A DNA stretch of 63,628 nucleotides, counting the filler, from Lenisia limosa (taxonomy: Eukaryota; Protista; Breviatea), in NCBI GenBank assembly GCA_001655205.1. It is 10 parts of 10 records of this genome, joined end to end, with 100 filler letters (N's around TTAATTAATTAA, not from the genome) between each part and the next. Parts side by side here need not be neighbours in the genome. Positions count along the whole stretch, not along the records: positions 33,479 to 43,596 come from LPNZ01004030.1; positions 43,697 to 47,273 come from LPNZ01005380.1; positions 47,374 to 52,130 come from LPNZ01008182.1; 7 more parts are not named here. One strand, 5' to 3'. Each line of letters begins with the position of its first letter. Position 1 is the stretch's first letter. The notes under the pieces are model-generated. The model did no database searches, was not told the origin of the DNA, and was given only the letters and a program-made list of their open reading frames with translations. Of this stretch, positions 37,301 through 52,230 are shown in pieces. Both the position numbers and the translations under genes were made by a program.

Positions 37301-40300
37301 AACTAAATCACACAAGTGGATATAAGTTATTGGTAAATGATATTTCATGAAAATGAACCAAAAAGTGATATGATACAGCTTATTACTTATGATATTGTAG
37401 TATATATAAAAATGAGAAATGAAATATGGTTGCATCTGGCTGAAGCCGTCCACACCTTTACGCTTTTAAGAATTATAGTATCTCACCGAAGCCGTCCACN
37501 NNNNNNNNNNNNNNNNNNNNNNNNNNNNNNNNNNNNNNNNNNNNNNNNNNNNNNAGTCTCCAAAGCCTGCATTCAGGAACAATTTTACCCTGGATCAACT
37601 CAGCTTCTTTCTCAGCACTCGACTGTCAGAAGCCCTATGCTATGGTCAGCTTGGAGTTCTACAATTTTAATGAAACCATTTTGAACTAAAGTAAAAAAAA
37701 CACTTCATTTTCTTCCCTGATATTGACCCACTAGGTTGACACCGTGAACAACCTTGTGTTTATTCAAGTGAAGTATTCCGACACTGCCAAAAGACACCTT
37801 ATCAAATACAACCCGGTTACCAAAGAAACCAGTTCGATGGTGGGAAAGAGGATTAATCAGTTTATGATATTATTAGAGTAGGATATATAAACACGCTCAA
37901 TAAAGCCAATAGAAAAGAGTATGGAAGGTAGGGATGAGATTAATTTCTGGAAGAACCCTGAAAAATACTTCGCGACTACACATGTTAATTACTACATCCA
38001 TATGAAATATGATTAATCAGAAAATATTATGATATTTTTTTACTATTATTGAGAATTTATTGCTTTTTCTCATTTGCTACATATACTATATGTTTAACAG
38101 AGTAAGACTGACGTGTCCAGATTATAAACTTCGGGTACTCTTCTTCTGACCAGACTCTCTTGAACAAATCCAGTTTCTGCATGGATGCAGCTACGCATAC
38201 TGCGTATATTCATGTGGGAGTATAACGTCTACTTGTTGTGTGTTTTTGCACTCTCTGATTTTCTGTTTGAATAAGTGCAAGCTGATCATATAGGATCGTT
38301 TAATGGCTGTTATTAGAGTTAATTACACGGATCAACTTTCTATTACTGGTAAGTACATAACATTATGCGTTTCAGATCTAAAGGATAGCGTATCTTTATT
38401 GTTTAGGTTCAAAGACTGATTACAGTAACGACAAATGGGGAAACAACGGAAAACCAATCATGATGGGATGTAAGGATGTAAGTTAGGATTCTTGTCGTGT
38501 ATTCTTCAATGTTGCTGCAGTCTTTAAATAATGAAGTAACTTTCATTTGCTGCCTGTTCTGAGGTATTTTGGTAATTTTTCAGGGACTTATTCGAGGCTA
38601 CATTCAAGCCACAAGCGGATCCGATTACATCTCTCTCGGATGGCACCAGATGGTTAGTTTGTTCTTCCATTGTGTGCCATTTTGACACCTGATTTGGGCT
38701 TCACATCGGTCGAAAAATTATGGTAAAATATTGATAGTTTTCGATTTATCAAGAAATTTAGTCTTTTTTTCAAACTGAAGTGAAGCCTGTAAAAACCGTC
38801 GTAAAATAGCAAGAATACTTTTTCCAAAAGACACTGATCTAAAGCGCTCGTTTGTTACAAATTGAAATCGCGACAGCAATTACTATCGTCCTTCTCATAT
38901 GATGTAATGCTTACGCTGAATATATTTTCGTGATAAGGGTGTGTCACACTTGTCGCGCCAATTACAATTGACTTCCTCAATACTCAGCTATTTTTTAATG
39001 TCTGACGTCTTTTTAGGACTATGCAACTTCTACGCAAACTAAGACTATGACTTTCCCACATTTCTCTAAAGACACTCGGATGCTCTACGATCCATCTCTC
39101 CCTGAGCAAGCGTACTTTGCTGGAAATAATGTGGGTTTCAGGAGCCTCATTTGAGTAACAGTTACAAGAACGCCCTGTTTCTGATTTAGTTTTAAAATAC
39201 AACAAATAATTTTCCAGATTTATTCAACTTATTACACTATGGGTCATGCAACCTACAACCCTGGTTTGGGGGGGGGGGTGAATGATGAATGATGCGCTAC
39301 TCTATGATATGCTTCATATTTTATTGAATTAGGAAGTAGCGGAAGTTGGTTCGTTGATACTCCAACCACACCGGCTGTTGATCCTGTTAGTACACAGCAA
39401 CTTTATCTCTTTTCATTACAATTTAGTTTGGTGGTTATGGCGTTGTTGGACTTATTACTTCCACGGTTGAAGATAGTGTTATCTGGGGATTTAACAGCAG
39501 TAATACTCATGTAAGAGGTGGTGCAATGAAAAATTTCTTAGTCAAAGAGTGTTTATTTTTTTTAGATGATTATTGATATGGAAGACACTTCAATGATTGG
39601 AAAGTGGGGGGGAAGGAAGTGAGGTAAATGTCACACATGTATAGTGACCGTCAAGTCTTGACCTATTTTTCTTGGTGAAACCACATATTAAAGCGGTCAT
39701 TGTATATCACGATATCCTAATATGATAGGATATGTTTGTTGTATTGGATACTTTTTACGTTTTAGGCAACCAGTTATCGCTGGGTGGTATACTTCAGCTA
39801 TGACAGGAGTTGCAGTCACGATGGATGCCATTTTCAACTACGAACTGACTGTTGAATTACCGTCTAGTTCTTGCCCTTACGTTGTATGATGGAATTGAAA
39901 CACTGTCTGGTTGACGATTAATCTCTTTAGGGTTGTGGATTAGAAAACTGCCTGCAGAAACAGACCCCTGAAGAGACTTTCCCGCATACAGCCTTCCACT
40001 GTGGATCGTGCAGCGGATGTGGTGAAAGTGAGCAGAGGGTTTATTTTTTGCTATTCCTGTTCAAAAAACATAATAATATCTTTAGACGAGGTGTGCACTG
40101 ATGGAGGTCTTTGTAAGGATGTCATTTGCGGAGACGCAACTCAATGTGCTGGAATATGTGTAAACACTGAGGTAAGCTGGAATTGAACTAACGGTGTACA
40201 TCCACATTGTATTCATAAGGGAATACCAAGGGATGAGGAGTTTTATTGAATTTTGAGGGAAATATGCAAAAAAAAGCCAACTTTCACTATGAAGATATAG

Positions 40301-43028
40301 CGTTTGTTAATACTGAATGGACATTGGAAGAGATTAAAGAATGGAAATTAGCAACTATCCTCTTGTAGTTCTTAACAAACTAGTCAAAGAAGTCAATGTT
40401 TGTAGTTTTTCCAATACAGTGATTTTTGTTGTTTTTGATGGTCAAAAAGATATATTACATAACTAGGGGGAGGTGAGGGGTGGTAAAAAAAGGAATAATA
40501 ATATATGATATGAAAGTATTTGTACATGTAATATATAGTTTGGATGACCACCCTTACTGGCATCACCTCTTTCTATTCTGTTTTTGGGTTGTGCTCACCT
40601 TGTTAGACAGACAACAAAAACTGTGGGACATGTGGTACTACATGCTCTGCTGGACAGTTCTGTGTTTCTAGTTCATGGTAGGGGCAGGCTTATGAATGCT
40701 GTGTTCTAACTCCCTCTAGCACTACCACTTGCCTTGAAACGGATTGTTCTGGAGACTGTGTTAACACCGCTTCTAACGATGACCATTGTGGAGCATGTTC
40801 AAACGCTTGTCCTTTTGACTCTTCCTGTAATGCTGGAACCTGGTTGGCTATCTACTAAGAGCTATGTGAAAATACTCTTTAATTTCCTTACTTATTTCTA
40901 TTTCATGTACTCAGTGAATGTGACGGAGTTGCTCAGTTGTGTGGTGGTAAATGCATGCCTCAAGACGACAACGACAATTGCTTCGCTTGTGGCAACGCAT
41001 GTGCATCCAATATGACCTGTAGCGCTGAACAGGGAAAATGGTGGGATTGATAAACCATATCCACTAGTGATATGATCATATGACCGACTTTCGAGTCGAA
41101 ATGATGAACGAAGATAACAGGAGGGTTCATCCCTCCTGAGTGTATCATATCATTGAGATGTGTCAGTCAATAATCATATCCTGCGTAGAAAATGATAGTT
41201 CAAATGTGTGGAAATGATCCAAAAAGTGATATGATATTCGCTTCGTCTCATTTTCCAGTGTACCGCTCTGCCCTTTCGGTATTAATGTATGCAACGGAGA
41301 ATGTGTTGACACTAACTATTCGAATGACAACTGTGGTGCTTGCGGAAACGTGTGCAATGGTGCTAACTGCAATAATGGCGAATGGTTGGTTGGTATCTAA
41401 ACTAGAGCTTCACTTTCGGTTCCAAAAAGACTGAATTCTAGATAAATCCTCGATAAATAGATATTTTACAGGTGTTTCGGAACCGAAAATGAAGCTCTAA
41501 TCTAAACACTTTTATCTGATAAGACAATGAACAGGTTACTCCCAATTTCATTTATTTTACCTTTTAGTGTCTGCAGCTCTGGTACAGAGATTTATTGCGA
41601 CGGTAGCTGCATTTCCAAAAGTATGTGTTAATTGGAAGACGAACAAATTATTAAGAAGAAGAAAAGTCAATGCTTATTTTTCAGAAAGTCTTAACAACTG
41701 CAATCATTGTGGGGTTGTCTGTGGCGACAACGGATCCTGTTCGAAGTCCGACACGTTCGATGAAAACTCTTACAGATGGTAGGCAGAATCAACTGCCTTG
41801 TAGACATTTATGGGTGAAAATTCTATTTAATACACTAGCACTTGCCCCTGGCAGACAGATATCTGCCTGTCCAATGGTACGTTGACCTGCCTGAAGTTTG
41901 ACACTCTTGAACACTGTGGAGCTTGTAACATTTCTTGCTCTGTCGGACAAGATTGTTTGGCGGGAGTTTGGTGAGAGGACTTCTTTTGTATCAATTTTGT
42001 TTTGAGCAACACCTTCTTGATAAACGACAAACTCCATCTTGCGTATTTTTTCTGTATTTATAAGAGATGAGAAATAAAACAAGGTTGTATTTGTTAATAT
42101 CTATAGTGCAAAGGACTGCTCTGGATTGTCTGGTGACTATGACTCTTGTGGAGGTGATACTTGCTTCAACCTTGGTCGGTGTTGGATTACAATTGTCTTG
42201 AGCTTCACTTTCGGCTCCGAAACATCAGTAAAATACCGATATTTATCGAGGATTTATCGAGAATTCAGTCTTTTTTTTTGAACCGAAGTGAAGCTCTACT
42301 CTTGTTCATCATTCTTTCACAGTTCTAATTCTTCAGATACTGATATGAACAACTGTGGAAGCTGTAGTAATCAATGCAGCACTGGAACAACTTGTACTTC
42401 TGGATACTGGTGTGCTTTCACAAAAAACTATTACAGAATATTACCTTCGTTCTTTTCTCACTATCACAGTAAATGTGAAGGTTCATGGTGCGATGGCGTC
42501 TGCTTCGACACTTCGTCTGACAGCAACAACTGCGGCTCCTGCGGCACTGTATGCCAGGACGGACTCGTTTGTTCTGAGTGGCAATGGTAGGTCGTCTATT
42601 CATGTACACCATACTCTGATTTCTAGATTTTTAACATGAGAAATAATATAATCTATTAGAAATCTCGGGAAACAAATAAGTCCATAGTTATACCATAAGC
42701 AAATTACCAGGATTGTTCAGCAAATAACAACGTAGTCAAGAGCCTTGTGAGTCTCCCAACATTATCTGCGGCACAGAGTGCGTTGACCCTCAAACAAGTA
42801 GCTCACATTGTGGAGAATGCTGGATGGATTGTAATCCTGATACCTGCAATGAAGGATCCTGGTAGGCACTGCCCTCATCATTTTTGTTCGTACTGGATGG
42901 CAAATAAGTTTGAACTACGATGTAATTCCGATACTATTCTGTTGTTGTAGTGATATTTCAGTGGTGTTAGCCCTGCATCTGTTCTGGGTATTTCAGCTGT
43001 GGCTATTCTTCTCTTCTTCCTGTTTTAA
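34375..43028 (+). CDS. Large secreted or surface protein: signal peptide, long N-terminal region, about 10 Cys-rich repeats (STIG1-like CG.CG..C), hydrophobic C-terminus (possible GPI signal)
   Basis: Starts MLVVSLYLYLLLALSLCFSQSTAEQK; more than 30 GT-AG exons. Repeats include TDNKNCGTCGTTCSAGQFCVSSSC, CVNTASNDDHCGACSNACPFDSSCNAGTC, CVDTNYSNDNCGACGNVC and CFDTSSDSNNCGSCGTVCQDGLVC. Ends PASVLGISAVAILLFFLF* (TAA 43026-43028). Confidence 0.8.
36913..37011. mobile_element. Family A hAT-type MITE, intron of the Cys-rich gene
   Basis: TAGGCTTCACTTCGGTTC...GAACCGAGGTGAAGACCTA; flanks ACAATATA / ATAATATA (7/8). Confidence 0.9.
37229..37296 (+). ncRNA. Candidate intronic box C/D snoRNA-like unit, copy 1
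   Basis: Stem AAGTC / GACTT, C box ATGATGA (37237-37243), D-like TTGA (37288-37291). Sense to the host gene. Guide target not identified. Confidence 0.35.
38694..38789. mobile_element. Family A MITE, degenerate, intron of the Cys-rich gene
   Basis: gggcttcacatcggtcgaaaaa...tttttcaaactgaagtgaagcctg. Confidence 0.8.
41093..41161 (+). ncRNA. Candidate intronic box C/D snoRNA-like unit, copy 2
   Basis: gagtc-gaa-ATGATGA-ACGAAGATAA-CAGGAGGG-TTCAT-CCCTCCTG-AGTGTATCA...TTGA. Homologous to 37229-37296; sense to the host gene. Confidence 0.3.
41403..41499. mobile_element. Family A hAT-type MITE with a perfect 8-bp TSD
   Basis: ATCTAAAC|TAGAGCTTCACTTTCGGTTCC...GGAACCGAAAATGAAGCTCTA|ATCTAAAC (41395-41402 and 41500-41507). 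Confidence 0.92.
42198..42298. mobile_element. Family A MITE, intron of the Cys-rich gene
   Basis: gagcttcactttcggctccga...ttgaaccgaagtgaagctcta. Confidence 0.85.
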
Positions 43029-43696
43029 TCGTCTTAATGTTCTGAATGAAGTTTTCTTTTTCATGCTAAAAGAGAGGTTCGTTTTCTATCCTTCCATCTA
43101 CAGGACTCCCGATTCTTGCCCAGAAACAAAGACCTTCCTTCCTCCCAACGTTTAAATGACAATTACTCTCTACTTCAATCAACTTCCATTCAAAGGTCGA
43201 CCGTGCATTCACTCGTCCACAATAATTTTTTGCTTTATGTTACGTCAAAAGGTTGCATGGGTGGACACTTTTCATCAAAACCCGAAAAAGGCACTACACA
43301 CCTCTACAATGTACATGTTTTGAGCGGAACCTACTGTTGTGTGGAAAGGATTGTTTATTATTAGCAATGGCAAAATAAAGTGTTTGAAATTGAGTTCTTG
43401 TATACAACATCAAAATAACACCTATAAATTTCTCATATACTATATCGATATGCATATAGTTTCATTTCTCATCTCGTATATATTCACAAGCCCAACGAGC
43501 AAAAAAATTAAATAGTATAACAATGTCAAAATTGAGAAATTAGGTCTGTGCGTTCTTCCACTTAATGTAAGCCTTCATAATCTTGGGGGGGGGGGGNNNN
43601 NNNNNNNNNNNNNNNNNNNNNNNNNNNNNNNNNNNNNNNNTTAATTAATTAANNNNNNNNNNNNNNNNNNNNNNNNNNNNNNNNNNNNNNNNNNNN

Positions 43697-47059
<3,363 letters not shown>

Positions 47060-48039
47060 CTGAAAGATGACAAATATCATATAGTATATGATCTAAATGC
47101 TCTATGTTTTTGAAATTGAAGAATACAAATGTCATATTCCTTACTTGGAACATCCATATAAATAACAACAAAAATTTTCTCACTGAAAGAAAAGTAGGAA
47201 TTTTTATACGAACTCGAAGTGGCCCTCTTTTATTTACGACCTTTCACCCTTTCTCTTCCGATATCATTTCTCGNNNNNNNNNNNNNNNNNNNNNNNNNNN
47301 NNNNNNNNNNNNNNNNNTTAATTAATTAANNNNNNNNNNNNNNNNNNNNNNNNNNNNNNNNNNNNNNNNNNNNAGAAAGCTCTTCTTGACAACCCCGTGT
47401 ATTACCATCTTAACGAAGGCAACGAAAAGAAAGACGAATTCGAGGTCAGTGCGTCATTATATATATATATATGATATATTGTAGAGACAGTAAAGTAAAT
47501 CCATCCACACACATCATTACGCTTATACTGGATGCACCAGCTTAGATTTTGGAATTGGGCTCCAACAACTCTCAAAATATTATCGTGGTGACCTTCCTTT
47601 TTTTTTTTTTTTTTCATTTTCACCAGATATNNNNNNNNNNNNNNNNNNNNNNNNNNNNNNNNNNNNNNNNNNNNNNNNNNNNNNNNNNNNNNNNNNNNNN
47701 NNNNNNNNNNNNNNNNNNNNNNNNNNNNNNNNNNNNNNNNNNNNNNNNNNNNNNNNNNNNNNNNNNNNNTCTATCTTCACAATATTGCCCTTATCCCTAT
47801 ATTGTCAAAACAAATGATTGGGTGAATGTTGTTTAATCCAATATCTCTAATATCCTCTAATAACCGTGGAGGACGGCTTCGGTCAGATAATACCTATTTT
47901 TTATTTTTTTCATCTCTCTATATTTTACATCACTCATATCGCTCTTCTCTCCCTCTTTACTCTATTTACGCCTAATCCTCTTAACCTTCTACTCTCATCA
48001 TTACAATATGACTTACCCCTCTACAATCACCGTTATTTA

Positions 48040-50175
48040 CAATAATCCCTCTTGCCCCTCTTCTGATATTGACTCTTCAGAAAACCTCGGTTGAGAATGG
48101 ATCTTTGATTTTGCTCGTTGACAGGGGAGATGAGCAGGTGTACGGGAGGGTGATAGAGGTGCCATGGTGTATGGGAGGGATTTCAATTTATCATTAAGAG
48201 ACTTCACCTTCAATTGTTGTCTGTCAATTTTCCAATAGTAATTAATTGCATGGTTTCAAGACACTAATATTGGCTTGTCTACAAATAGGGCGGCTCTTTA
48301 ACAAAACGTCTTTTGTTGTAAAATTTCACCTTTTTTTTTTAATTTTGTCCATAAAAATCCACTTTTATAACTTTTATTTTTTATCACAGACGCTGCCACC
48401 CCCTTTTTAGATGAGCCATAATATAGCCTTTTCTCCACCAAAACCCTATCTGACTTCCAGTTTTACTCCCCTGGAGTGATGGGATGCAGAAGCTGGCCTA
48501 GACTTTGTTTGTTATATTGTTCTCAACCTTCGTGTTTTGTTAGCCAATAGAAGATTTTGGGCTAAATATTTGATTTACTCTTCCAGTGTCTGCAATACTA
48601 CGAGCCCGAAAAGTGGGTCAAGCCCTACCTATTTGCAGACGCCGCCGGCCTAACTGATCCTATCGCGGCCCGGGGTTCCAGAATTACGCCGCCCGTATCC
48701 ATGTTTGACTCACAGGAGAATGCCACGTCTGTGCACAAGGACAAGTTGATGCTTCTGTAAGCCCCTTTTTATAATGCTTCTTTTGTCTTCTTATTGCTGA
48801 AAATGCCTCTGTAAGCCTCTTATGACTTCTTTCCCTCCTCTTGTTAAAGATGCTTGCCTCTTTTGTGCGTTTAGTCGCTTCTTGTGAAACATGATCTCCT
48901 TATTAAGAGAATCCTTCGTTCTCTCCCCTCGTTTTGCTCCCCTCTTCATAATTGTAGTTTTATACTACTCACTCTCTTGTATAGTAATAATCTTGTAAAC
49001 AGTCATCATATAAAACAATAATACTTCGTTTCCCCCTCTTCTTGTAAAACAATTGTAAAACAAGAATATATTTTACCCTTTTTTTATGATAAAGAAGACT
49101 CAATAAGATTCACCGTTTTAGCCTGAGAGGCGAACCCGTGTTTTTGGAGGTTTTCCCTAAGGAGGGACAAGACCCATCCACTCCCCTCAAAAACCGCCTC
49201 TTTTCATGTTGGCTTCAGATAGTAATACTAGAGTTTGTGAATTAATTTCTTCCGAATCACAAGTTATTGGGAAGACCTTTTTTTTCTATTTTCATGCAGT
49301 ATTCAGCCTTACTCTCCTTTTTATTTTCCTCTCTATTCAGACTACGTCCAGATACAATACAATCCTTTTTTATTTTGACACAATACTAACTACCTCATCA
49401 CCTATCCTTTTCTATTTTCACACACCACAGACGAGGGCCCGGGGCTTGAGGAGGACAAGGAAACAATTCGCTCTTCAGAAGGCTACCGTAAGAATGTCAC
49501 TGAGGTTTTGAACTCTAAAGTGGGGGGGGGGNNNNNNNNNNNNNNNNNNNNNNNNNNNNNNNNNNNNNNNNNNNNNNNNNNNNNNNNNNNNNNNNNNNNN
49601 NNNNNNNNNNNNNNNNNNNNNNNNNNNNAATTAGTATATCATAAGAGATAAAGTCATAATATTCACTCTAACAGTTTACAATCCAAAGTAATCAAAATCA
49701 TAAGAGTCACAGTCCAGTAACATTTGCTCACACTCCAGTATGAGAATTACACCTATTGCGGAGAAGTTGTCGTTGGAAAAGACGGGTAGGCCAGACCCCT
49801 CAAACAAAGTTATTCTTAATCAGTCTACTTTATTTGTGAACTTTTATTCATAAATAGCAAGTTTTAGAATAGTATACATGTCACAGTCTTTTGAGCGGAC
49901 CTATTATAATTCCTTCTGTCAACACCCTTCCTTCACTTGTACTTCACCTTTTCTTCAACCGATAACAGGCATTGAATAATGGGGAGTGATTCCATTCTAC
50001 TCGTTCTTTTTGTTTTTTAAATTTTTTTTTTGTTCTCTCAGAACATTTTCACCATTGCTACCCCTTCCCTCCAGACCAATGATCTACACTCTGGTCTGTG
50101 AAAAGACTGCTCTTTCCGCTACTATTTCGAGGACCGTTCCAAAAGCGTTTGGCAATACCGACTACTTCCCTGGTA
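48040..50175 (+). CDS. Fragments of a hypothetical gene
   Basis: A 58-codon open exon at ~48587-48757 (CLQYYEPEKWVKPYLFADAAGLTDPIAARGSRITPP...) bounded by ccag and gtaagc. Other exon-like pieces at ~48080, ~49430 and ~50075. Confidence 0.35.
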
Positions 50176-50368
50176 GGTAATTGGATATTTTGTTTTTTTA
50201 ACAAGAGAAATAATATACATGAGAAACCCAGGGCAACAAATAAATACATAGGGATACCATAAAATGGGGAAGGGGGCCAGGAAGGACATACGTATCATTG
50301 AAGTTGACTATTGTGAGTATTTAATGCATCTCTCCCGTGACTTCCCTACCCCATCTTGTTGACATGTA

Positions 50369-50446
50369 CAGTGACCGGGATAAGTCTTGACCAATTTTCC
50401 TTGGGAAATCACATTGCAAATCGGTCATGACTTATCCAGCTCACAA
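50369..50446. mobile_element. Family D MITE, opposite orientation
   Basis: TA|CAGTGACCGGGATAAGTCTTGACCAATTT...AAATCGGTCATGACTTATCCAGCTCAC. Confidence 0.8.
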
Positions 50447-51426
50447 TGCATGTTTCAATTTCCCACATCTGACATATTCCTTCTCCCTTCCGCCCCCCCC
50501 CCCCCNNNNNNNNNNNNNNNNNNNNNNNNNNNNNNNNNNNNNNNNNNNNNNNNNNNNNNNNNNNNNNNNNNNNNNNNNNNNNNNNNNNNNNNNTTTTGCT
50601 CGGTTCTTAATCTCACCCTCTAGGCCACGAGTTCAAGAAGGGAGGGTTCGGCTTCGGTTTTTAACATTTCTTGTCTCTATTTTTGACTTTTTTTTGAAAT
50701 CATAAATACTCTATCCTCCATATCCTAGTTACGCATGCCCTCATTGTGCAACGTTTGCATTCTTTCTTAAAATCCTCAAAAAAGATTTTAACTGGTTGGT
50801 CGGTTTCCCTATTCCTTTACCTTCTAACTTGAGTGAAAAACACTCATCTCATCATTTCGTGAAAAAAGTCAAAAATATATAATTAGATACATTTATAATA
50901 TAATATGTATTATATAGAAAAATAAAAAAAACAAAGAACCCAAAAGAAGAACGTATACATTTGAAACAAAAGACCATTAGTTGAGAATTATGAAAAAAAA
51001 AAATAACAAAAAAACTAGAAAAAACTCAAAAAACAAAACAATAGAAATATCGAGAAAAAAAGCTTAGTTGAGAAGAACATATCTTTCCCGTGCCTCTTGT
51101 AGGTTGTTAAATTCCTTGAATTTAATCGAGACGATTCGGGTCTATAAAGTCAAAGGACAAGGAACTTTGTTTCATGGAACTGTATATTATTTTGTCTACA
51201 TTTAATGAATTTACTCCATCCAAATAGGCGTAACTTATAGAGATGATAAAAAAAGAGAATTATCACTGTTTAAAATAGTACTATTAGACCCTGAATATGT
51301 CTTGATATATTATATTTTGAAATTAAAGTGTTTGAAATGGGGTTCCAGTACAACATGTCCGACTTCAAAACTCAAAAGTATTATCATATATTCTCAAGTA
51401 ATTGCACAAAATCCTAATATTTTGAT

Positions 51427-51524
51427 TAGGGCTTCTCTACGGTCCCAACAAAGGCCGAATCTCTCGTTGAATCCTCGATAAATATAGATATTTAAACGGT
51501 CTTTTTCGGAACATTGGGATCCTC
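51427..51524. mobile_element. Family A MITE (CCCT subfamily), right end degenerate
   Basis: tagggcttctctacggtcccaacaaaggccgaat...cggtctttttcgga. Confidence 0.75.
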
Positions 51525-52230
51525 ATATCTCATATAATGTTCTATCATAAAATAAATACAGTCCCAGTTCCCACATACAAGAGCTAAGGAAACAATGAAA
51601 AAAGCAGCAGAAAGCGCCGCCACCGAAAGAACAAAAAGTGGGTCTTCAACCTCGGATAGGAGGANNNNNNNNNNNNNNNNNNNNNNNNNNNNNNNNNNNN
51701 NNNNNNNNNNNNNNNNNNNNNNNNNNNNNNNNNNNNNAAGTAAGTTCCTCCACATCGACACCCCAAAAACCTGGGGGATGGTAGTAGCTTCGAGTCATGA
51801 TTGGGGAATGTGTGGAGTTTACCTAAAAGTTCAACCCAATTCATGTCAGAGTATCATAAATAAAGAAGGAATTTGGCTTGGTTGAAGACAAAAATAACCG
51901 CAACCTGGCTTAAATTGTGTGATTTAGAGTTGGATTTTTTTTTAGAGAAGAACAATAATTATGATATTCATACTAATCTGATTTGAATTCAAGTAAAAAG
52001 TAGTAAAAAGATTACGTCACCGTAAGTTAATGTACAGTTAGCCAAAACAATTTTCTCATCTTCTTTAAGCGTGACGGTGTGGACGGCTTCGGTCTGATAC
52101 TTGTTCTCTGATAGATTTACTTTCCTGGAANNNNNNNNNNNNNNNNNNNNNNNNNNNNNNNNNNNNNNNNNNNNTTAATTAATTAANNNNNNNNNNNNNN
52201 NNNNNNNNNNNNNNNNNNNNNNNNNNNNNN

